Under the pieces are notes generated by a model that saw only the letters and a list, made by a program, of their open reading frames with translations, was not told the DNA's origin and did not search any database. A program made the translations under genes and the position numbers. 64,000 nt of DNA from Gammaproteobacteria bacterium (lineage in GTDB: Bacteria; Pseudomonadota; Gammaproteobacteria; Steroidobacterales; Steroidobacteraceae), in NCBI GenBank assembly GCA_034668025.1, contig JAXDQF010000280.1, positions 1,345 through 65,344 of the forward strand, given 5' to 3'. Positions 57,711-64,000 of this stretch are shown one piece after another (the stretch's first letter is position 1; every line of letters starts with the position of its first letter).

Positions 57711-58937
57711 ATGCGCAAGCAGATCCTCACGGTTGCCTTAGTTACAGGTTGCGCCGGGACCACGGCTGCCGTGGCGGCTGACATCGGTGCGAACACAACG
57801 GTCGGCGGTCAGGCCTTCTTCGATGTGAGTCACATCCAACTCGAGAACGAAAACGCCGCCGGCAAGAAAATTGATGCCGGTCCAACCGGGACCGGTTTTG
57901 ACATCAAGCGTCTGTACTTGATTGCCGACCACAAATTCAACGATGTCTGGTCAGCCGACATTACTCTGGATGCGCAGTACAGCACGGCCAGCACGGCGAC
58001 CGTCACAACACCGACCGGCACGACCACGGCGCTGACCAACCAGAACAGCAGCGGCGGCGTGACGGAGGTCATGTTGAAGAAGCTGTACCTGGAAGGGAAG
58101 TTCTCAGACGCCCTGGTAGTACATGCAGGCTCCTACACATCGCCCTGGGCTCCCTTCGTCGAGTCGCTTTACGGGTACCGTTATATCGAGAAAACCTCGC
58201 TCGACCGGCTGGGTTTCGCCCAGACCGCAGATTGGGGACTGAACGCGACCGGCAAGTTTGGACCGAACAACATGCTGGGCTATTCGGTATCCATCGTGGA
58301 CGGCGCGGGATACAAGAATCCCTCGCGCAGCAAGTCACCCGACTATGAAGGTCGCATTTCGGTGGTTCCGGTGGAATGGCTCACCGTGGGCGCAGGCTTC
58401 TACGCCGGCCACCTGGGTCAGGTCACAGCCACGAACCAGGATTTCGACCAGCACACCGCCGTCCGCTGGGACGGAGTGGTCGGTGTGAGTATCTCCGGCG
58501 TGCGTGCCGGCGTCGAGTACTTCACGGCGCGGAACTTTAAAACCGTCAACACCGTCGCCGCATCGGTGTACGGCACCTCCGCTGTTGTGGCCTCTACCGC
58601 GACCGGCGTTGCCCCATCCGACAAGGCAGATGGCGAGTCGGCCTTCATCTCCTACGCTTTCAACAGCACGTATTCGGTGTTTGGCCGCTATGACCACACC
58701 AAGCTGAGCAAGGATGTGGCTCCTGACCTGAAGGACGACTACTTCAACCTGGGCGTCGCTTACAAGCCCTTGAAGACGATTGATCTGGCTCTCGTCTACA
58801 AGAACGAGAAGGTCAAGAACGGAACCAACACGATCAGTGGCGCAGATGCGAACGGCTCGTACACCATCGGTGGCGCGAACGGCACGCGGAGCGGTCACTT
58901 CAACGAAGTGGGCTTCTACGCCCAGTGGTCGTTCTAA
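57711..58937 (+). CDS. Outer-membrane porin (beta-barrel), probably Pho-regulated
   Basis: AGGAG RBS, signal peptide ending AVAADIG, alternating amphipathic strands, Tyr/Gly-rich, C-terminal aromatic signature YAQWSF. Confidence 0.75.
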   Translation: MRKQILTVALVTGCAGTTAAVAADIGANTTVGGQAFFDVSHIQLENENAAGKKIDAGPTGTGFDIKRLYLIADHKFNDVWSADITLDAQYSTASTATVTTPTGTTTALTNQNSSGGVTEVMLKKLYLEGKFSDALVVHAGSYTSPWAPFVESLYGYRYIEKTSLDRLGFAQTADWGLNATGKFGPNNMLGYSVSIVDGAGYKNPSRSKSPDYEGRISVVPVEWLTVGAGFYAGHLGQVTATNQDFDQHTAVRWDGVVGVSISGVRAGVEYFTARNFKTVNTVAASVYGTSAVVASTATGVAPSDKADGESAFISYAFNSTYSVFGRYDHTKLSKDVAPDLKDDYFNLGVAYKPLKTIDLALVYKNEKVKNGTNTISGADANGSYTIGGANGTRSGHFNEVGFYAQWSF

Positions 58938-59068
58938 AGATCGTCGATTCAGCCGCGCTCGTTAGCGCGTAGAGCCGGGCAGCCTGCATCTCGCGACGAT
59001 ATCGCCGAAGAAGTCCATCTTCCCGAGGCGCGATCGAAACCAGTTGCAGGCCGCTCGAGCTGGCGGCT

Positions 59069-59101
59069 CAACAGGGTCGGTTGTTCCAACCGACCCTGTT
59101 G
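59069..59101 (+). terminator. Strong hairpin downstream of porin 1
   Basis: CAACAGGGTCGGTTG-TTC-CAACCGACCCTGTTG, a perfect 15-bp stem. No U-tract, so intrinsic termination is uncertain. Confidence 0.4.
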
Positions 59102-59592
59102 GCGTGCGACTACGCCGCTAACTGCGCTCGCAGCCGCGTCGATGCGCTGCCCTCCGCGCCACTGATTTCATTCTCTGTCTGACGGCAGCCGTTGTCGCTG
59201 GCGCCCGTTGGTCCCGTCGGCTACCTGCGGCGCAAAAGCGCCCCCTCGTGCTCAACTCCCACGAAACGCGGTCCCGTGTCATGAAATTTCATTCATGAAA
59301 CACCTGGGCGGGCCGTCGGACAATCCGCCCGCGCTGCGGCGGGCCGCCCCGAAGGAACGCAGGATTGAACAAGAAACCGCACGTTTGGCAATAAAACAAC
59401 ACGACGGCGCTGCTTTAGTGAAATAAAATTGTAATGTTTCTGCATTTCCGTCGTCACACAACTGCAGCACAGTGTGGCGCAAATCTTTATCGCGAATTTT
59501 TGGCCGTTACCCGGACGTGGCGCTGCCTTGGCAGCTGGCCGTTGCGTCTGCGCGACGAACGCACTCCCCAAAAACACGAAAGGAAATCGACC

Positions 59593-61230
59593 ATGATACC
59601 TGTCCGTAACCTTCTGCCTCCCCCGATACCGGGCCAAATGGGCCGGGCGCGCCACACGTTGGTAGCAGTTGCGGTGGCAACGGCCCTGGGCGTGTTCTCA
59701 ATGCCCGCAACATCCGCTGAAACCGCTTCTGCCGCAGACCTGCAAAGCCTCCAGGATCAGATCACCAAATTGCAGCGCGAAATGGATCGCATGAAAGCGC
59801 AGCAAGCCCAGGCTGCACAGACGACCCCGGCACCCGCCGCAGCGGCACCGGCTGCAAAGCCAGCCTCAGGTGCGCCGCCGTCACCCTCGTTCATGGCCGG
59901 CCCCGTCAAAGTAACCTTGGGCGGATTTGTCGAATTGATGGTGATCAATCGGGACCGCAACGAATCGGCGGATTGGGCATCGAACTTCAATGCCTCCATC
60001 CCTTACCCCAATTCGCACAACTACTATCTCAGCGAGTTCCATCTGACAGAGCGCCAGAGCCGCCTGTCGGCCCTGGTACAGGGTCCGGATAGCGATGACT
60101 GGGCAACTGAGGGCTACGTCGAAACCGACTTCGGTGCGGCCGGCGGAACGGCGAACAACAATGAGAGCGGGAGCTTCTCACCGCGCGTTCGCCACTTCTA
60201 TGCCGATGTCACCTACAAGCCGTACGGCGGCAACCTGCTGTTCGGTCAATCCTGGAGCCTGATCACGGGCAACAAACAGGGAATCGTTGCTCGTGGAGAG
60301 AACATTCCGCTGACGATCGACGGGCAGTACCTCCCGGGCTTCAACTGGGTGCGTTTGGCCCAGATCCGCTACACGCAGAAGTTCAATGACATGTTCACGG
60401 CGGCCGTCTCGGTTGAGAATCCGGCGGCACTGGTGACCAGCAACACCTCGACGGGCGCCCCGGCCCTCGGAACGATCTTCAACAATCCAGGCGCCTCAAA
60501 CTCGTTTACGCCCCCGAATGGCGCTGCCTTTGCGGCCAACAACGTAACGCTCGATTACCTGCCGGATTTCGTGGCGAAGGTCGCTATCGATCCGGGCTTC
60601 GGTCATTACGAAGTGTTTGCCACCGAGCGCTTCTTCCGTTCGCGTGACATTGTGACCGGCCAGCAAAAGAACATCAAAAGCAACGCCACCGGTTTCGGCG
60701 GCAGCCTGATCCTGCCTGTGGTTCCGAAGATCGTCGACTTCCAGGCCAGCGTGATTGCCGGTCGCGGTGTCGGCCGATACGGTTCCTCTCAGCTTCCGGA
60801 CGCGACAATCAACCCGAACACGCTCGGCGTCGAGCCGCTGCGTGGCTTCTCAGCTCTGGCGGGTGTGACCGTGAGACCGGCCCCAGCCTGGACCTTCTAC
60901 GGGTACGTCGGCGAAGAGCAGGTCAGCAAGAAGGACTTTTTCGAGACTGTCGCCGGCAAGACTTACGGTTACGGCTACGGCAGCTCGTTGTTCGACAACA
61001 GCGGTTGTGAAACGGAAGGCGTAGGGACCTGCGCGTCGAACACCTCCCGTATCGTGAGCGGCACGGTCGGCGGCTGGTGGAAGTTCTACCAGGGCTGGCT
61101 GGGCAACGGCCAGGTCGGTCTTTCAGATACCTGGATCAAGCGTGAGATTTTCAGTGGTGTCGGTGGCGACCCGAACACCAACATCAACATCACGCTGGTG
61201 TCGTTCCGCTACTACCCGTTCCAGAAGTAA
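59593..61230 (+). CDS. Outer-membrane porin with N-terminal coiled coil (DcaP-like architecture)
   Basis: ATG at 59593 preceded by AAAGGAAA. Signal peptide (...VFSMPATSA), then coiled coil LQSLQDQITKLQREMDRMKAQQAQAAQ, an Ala/Pro linker and a long beta-barrel ending VSFRYYPFQK. Alternative start at 59638. Confidence 0.7.
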   Translation: MIPVRNLLPPPIPGQMGRARHTLVAVAVATALGVFSMPATSAETASAADLQSLQDQITKLQREMDRMKAQQAQAAQTTPAPAAAAPAAKPASGAPPSPSFMAGPVKVTLGGFVELMVINRDRNESADWASNFNASIPYPNSHNYYLSEFHLTERQSRLSALVQGPDSDDWATEGYVETDFGAAGGTANNNESGSFSPRVRHFYADVTYKPYGGNLLFGQSWSLITGNKQGIVARGENIPLTIDGQYLPGFNWVRLAQIRYTQKFNDMFTAAVSVENPAALVTSNTSTGAPALGTIFNNPGASNSFTPPNGAAFAANNVTLDYLPDFVAKVAIDPGFGHYEVFATERFFRSRDIVTGQQKNIKSNATGFGGSLILPVVPKIVDFQASVIAGRGVGRYGSSQLPDATINPNTLGVEPLRGFSALAGVTVRPAPAWTFYGYVGEEQVSKKDFFETVAGKTYGYGYGSSLFDNSGCETEGVGTCASNTSRIVSGTVGGWWKFYQGWLGNGQVGLSDTWIKREIFSGVGGDPNTNINITLVSFRYYPFQK

Positions 61231-61246
61231 GACTTCGCCAGTGGGG

Positions 61247-61286
61247 GCCCGGGTTTGCGTGCCGCGCGAACTCGGGCTTTCTTTTT
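61247..61286 (+). terminator. Rho-independent terminator after porin 2
   Basis: GCCCGGGTT...AACTCGGGC stem followed by TTTCTTTTT. Confidence 0.7.
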
Positions 61287-61299
61287 GGGCCGCCAGGCT

Positions 61300-62001
61300 T
61301 CAGCCGCGGTTGGAAGTACCCGACGTCATGGCCGTTTCAGGTAACGGCTGAGAATCCCCGCCGATACTCTGCACGTGCCGCGCGAGATTGCGGGCGTGAT
61401 CCCCGATTCGCTCCAGCGACTTCAAGGCGAAGGCCGCTTCCAGGGCAACGCTGACCTGGCGCGGATCTTCCATTGCCCGTGTCATCAAGCGCCGCAACCC
61501 GGCCGCGTATTCCTCATCGAGCTCCTTGTCGCGGGCGACCACTTCCACCGCCAGCGAAACGTCCAATCGATCAAACGCTTCGAGTGCGCTGCGCAACAGG
61601 CTGACGGCCAGGTTACCGAGGTGACGCACGTCGCGTGAGGTGCCAGGCCCCGGCCTGCCGCCCTGGGCAGTCACCGTCCGGGCGATTTTCTTGGCTTCGT
61701 CGCCCGCTCGCTCGAGCTCCGCGACGACATTGGACATGGCAATGATTGCGCGCAGGTCGCCGGCGACCGGCTGGCGCCGCGCAATCAAAGTGAGTTGCTC
61801 TTCGTTCAGGCGAGCGTTGTATTCGTTGACTTCGAATTCCCGCTCCAACACGTGTTGGGCCGGGGCAAGCTGCCAGTCGGTGTAGGCGGCGGCCGCTTCG
61901 CGCACCTGGTCCAACACCAGGCCGCCCATCTCCACTACGCGTATGTGGAGCGCCGCGAGCGCACCGTCAAATGCCCTGCTGATGTGGCCTTCAAGCATCA
62001 T
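61300..62001 (-). CDS. phoU: Phosphate signalling complex protein PhoU
   Basis: 233 aa, duplicated PhoU helical repeats (E(R)xGD motifs: ELERAGDEAKKIAR, SLERIGDHARNLAR). Downstream of pstB. Confidence 0.95.
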   Translation of the reverse strand: MMLEGHISRAFDGALAALHIRVVEMGGLVLDQVREAAAAYTDWQLAPAQHVLEREFEVNEYNARLNEEQLTLIARRQPVAGDLRAIIAMSNVVAELERAGDEAKKIARTVTAQGGRPGPGTSRDVRHLGNLAVSLLRSALEAFDRLDVSLAVEVVARDKELDEEYAAGLRRLMTRAMEDPRQVSVALEAAFALKSLERIGDHARNLARHVQSIGGDSQPLPETAMTSGTSNRG

Positions 62002-62161
62002 GAACCTACAAAATTAATCGAGGGGCCGTGCCGATTGGCCCGGGCGCCGAAGGCGCGCCCGCAAGCGCAGCCAGCCCTCTTCTCGAGTCGAAAAGCCAGG
62101 CCACGCTTTTTGCTGGCGGCAAAGCACCCGGGCTCCGCCGCAACTTTTTGCGGCCCATTAA

Positions 62162-63106
62162 CTAGCCAAATCTACCGGTGATGTAGTCCTCGGTGAGGCG
62201 GTGACGGGGGTTGGTAAAGACGCGGTCCGTCTCGCCGACTTCGATCAACTCGCCCATGTGGAAATAGGCCGTGCGCTGCGAAACGCGCGCCGCCTGTTGC
62301 ATCGAATGGGTGACGATCACGATCGCATAGCTCTCGCGCAGCACTTCGATCAGATCCTCAACACGCGCGGTGGCGATCGGATCCAGCGCTGAGCACGGCT
62401 CGTCCATCAGAATAACTTCAGGTTGAATAGCGATCGCGCGCGCAATACACAGACGCTGCTGCTGACCACCAGACAACCCGGTCCCGGGCCGACTCAGTCT
62501 GTCTTTGACCTCGTCCCACAAACCGGCACGCTGCAGGCTGGTGCAGACGACCTCATCGAGATCCGCTCGACCGCGTGTTGTACCGTGGATGCGCGGCCCG
62601 TAGGCCACGTTGTCGTAAATCGATTTGGGGAAGGGGTTCGGCTTCTGGAAAACCATGCCGACCCGGGCCCGCAGTTGCACGACGTCCTGGTTCTTATCCT
62701 GGATGTCGGAGCCGTCCAACTTGATGGAGCCGGTGACCCGAGCGCCGGGAATCGTGTCATTCATCCGATTCAGGCAGCGCAGGAAGGTCGACTTGCCGCA
62801 ACCGGACGGCCCGATCATGGCGAGCACTTGCTTGCGGGCTACATCAATGTTGACGTTCCGCAGGGCGTGCTTGGCGCCGTAGAAAACATTTACATCGCGG
62901 CAAGCAAACACGGCATCGTCAACGGTGTACTGGCCGACTGTCTTGTCACCAGTCCGATGCTCCAGCGACGTCGGTGCCGGCACGCGGCCGCTGGGCTTGA
63001 GGTTGAGGCCGCCCTCACCTATCCGTCTTGGCTGTGGATCGCCAGACGCGCTCAATGCCTCCACTGCTTTACGCTCCTGAACAACTTCGTTGCCAGCATC
63101 ATTCAT
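62162..63106 (-). CDS. pstB: Phosphate ABC transporter ATP-binding protein PstB (copy 2, ~55-aa N-terminal extension)
   Basis: Walker [10 protein letters not shown], signature LSGGQQQRL, Walker B ILMDEP, PstB-type C-terminus DYITGRFG. Confidence 0.93.
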   Translation of the reverse strand: MNDAGNEVVQERKAVEALSASGDPQPRRIGEGGLNLKPSGRVPAPTSLEHRTGDKTVGQYTVDDAVFACRDVNVFYGAKHALRNVNIDVARKQVLAMIGPSGCGKSTFLRCLNRMNDTIPGARVTGSIKLDGSDIQDKNQDVVQLRARVGMVFQKPNPFPKSIYDNVAYGPRIHGTTRGRADLDEVVCTSLQRAGLWDEVKDRLSRPGTGLSGGQQQRLCIARAIAIQPEVILMDEPCSALDPIATARVEDLIEVLRESYAIVIVTHSMQQAARVSQRTAYFHMGELIEVGETDRVFTNPRHRLTEDYITGRFG

Positions 63107-63138
63107 TGATCACACCTGCGGGTTCGCGACATCGGCCA

Positions 63139-63936
63139 CTACCCAAATCTTCCAGTCACGTAGTCATCTGTCTTACGGTCCTTGGGAGCGGTGAACATCT
63201 GCTCCGTCGGTCCGATCTCCACGAGCTCGCCCATGTACATGAAGGCCGTGACGTTGGAAACGCGCGCGGCCTGCTGCAGGTTGTGCGTGACCACAGCCAG
63301 GCAATACTTCTCACGGAGGCTCTGCAGAGTCTCTTCGACTCGAAGTGTGGATATAGGGTCCAAAGCCGCGGTCGGCTCATCGAGCAGCACGACCTCTGGT
63401 TCCAGGGCAATTGTACGCGCGATGCACAACCGTTGCTGCTGACCGCCGGAGAGACCCCGGCCGTCCTCGTGTAGCTTGTCCTTCACTTCATCCCACATGG
63501 CGGCGTCTCGGAGTGCGACCTCGACGCGCCCCACGAGTTCAGTTCGAGGGATACGACGCGCGAGCCGAAGTCCAAACGCTACGTTGTCGAATATCGACAT
63601 CGGAAATGGGGTCGCTTTCTGGAAAACCATCCCTACCCGGAATCGCAGACTGGATAAATCCACAGTCGGCGCCAGGATGTCCTCGCCGTCCAGGAGCACT
63701 TCCCCCGTGGCCCGGTGCCCGGGATACAGCGCGTACATCCGATTGAAAACGCGCAGGAGGGTCGACTTGCCGCAGCCGGAGGGTCCGATGAAGGCGGTGA
63801 TGCTGCGATCGGGCAGCGTCAAGTTGATGTCCTTCAGCGCCCGGTTCTGGCCGTAGTAAAAATCGAGGTGCCTGGCTTCAAACTTGGGCACCTTCGCTCC
63901 CGCGGGTGCGCCACGCTCAATCGCAACGGCGTTCAA
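63139..63936 (-). CDS. pstB: Phosphate ABC transporter ATP-binding protein PstB (copy 1)
   Basis: Walker [26 protein letters not shown]-terminus [11 protein letters not shown] start at 63936 preceded by GGAGGA, with a TTGA overlap with the upstream frame. Confidence 0.93.
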   Translation of the reverse strand: MNAVAIERGAPAGAKVPKFEARHLDFYYGQNRALKDINLTLPDRSITAFIGPSGCGKSTLLRVFNRMYALYPGHRATGEVLLDGEDILAPTVDLSSLRFRVGMVFQKATPFPMSIFDNVAFGLRLARRIPRTELVGRVEVALRDAAMWDEVKDKLHEDGRGLSGGQQQRLCIARTIALEPEVVLLDEPTAALDPISTLRVEETLQSLREKYCLAVVTHNLQQAARVSNVTAFMYMGELVEIGPTEQMFTAPKDRKTDDYVTGRFG

Positions 63937-64000
63937 CGCTTGTTTCCTCCGCCCGGACTCAGCGCAGAAACTGCAACACGCGCCGTGATACTGAGAATCA
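63933..64000 (-). CDS. pstA: Probable C-terminal end of phosphate permease PstA (runs off right edge)
   Basis: The frame is open from the window edge and reads ...[21 protein letters not shown] stop, with the stop TGA (63935-63933) overlapping the pstB TTG start. Call rests on pstCAB synteny and only 22 codons. Confidence 0.45.
   Translation of the reverse strand, partial: ILSITARVAVSALSPGGGNKR

Noticed and set aside
59277-59300. GTGTCAT-gaaa-TTTCAT sequence as a second Pho box
   Set aside because: The hexamer spacing is 10 bp rather than 11 and the second half is weak. The stretch is better described as a 12-bp palindrome (ATGAAATTTCAT), so it is not called a PhoB site.

Overview
This 64-kb window is a high-GC (roughly 60-67 % in coding parts by eye and spot counts), very densely packed stretch of core proteobacterial chromosome. 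Nearly every gene is a recognisable housekeeping gene, and most lie on the minus strand.

Gene blocks, left to right:
- recO-era-rnc-lepB-lepA and the rpoE/rseA/rseB envelope-stress operon.
- sdhCDAB with three flanking assembly-type genes (sdhE, DUF1674, ygfZ).
- murI-lysS-prfB (with its programmed +1 frameshift)-recJ and an RpfE-like gene.
- pcm-surE-truD-ispF-ispD-ftsB-eno-kdsA-pyrG.
- tilS-accA-dnaE-rnhB-lpxB-lpxA-fabZ-lpxD-skp-bamA-rseP-dxr-cdsA-uppS-frr-pyrH-tsf-rpsB.
- map-glnD-dapC-dapD, then two porin genes and phoU-pstB-pstB-(pstA).

The synteny (rpfE-like/recJ/prfB/lysS, map-glnD-dapC-dapD) suggests a Xanthomonadales/Nevskiales-like gammaproteobacterium; this is inference only.

I found no rRNA, tRNA, CRISPR array, IS element, integrase, prophage or recognisable defence/toxin module. 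I do not see a convincing novel multi-gene system.

The least explained stretch is a 475-bp AT-rich, inverted-repeat-rich spacer at 20346-20819. Smaller observations:
- a strong Pho box in front of a porin gene
- tandem pstB paralogues
- a sigma-E-type promoter nested in a hairpin at the sdhE stop
- a recurring CCCGGCAAAA hairpin repeat
- large low-complexity insertions or tails in YgfZ, IspD and S2

Several ORF-track starts are over-extended; I corrected them using 4-nt start/stop overlaps and conserved N-termini. All calls rest on reading the sequence and translations by eye. No database search was possible.
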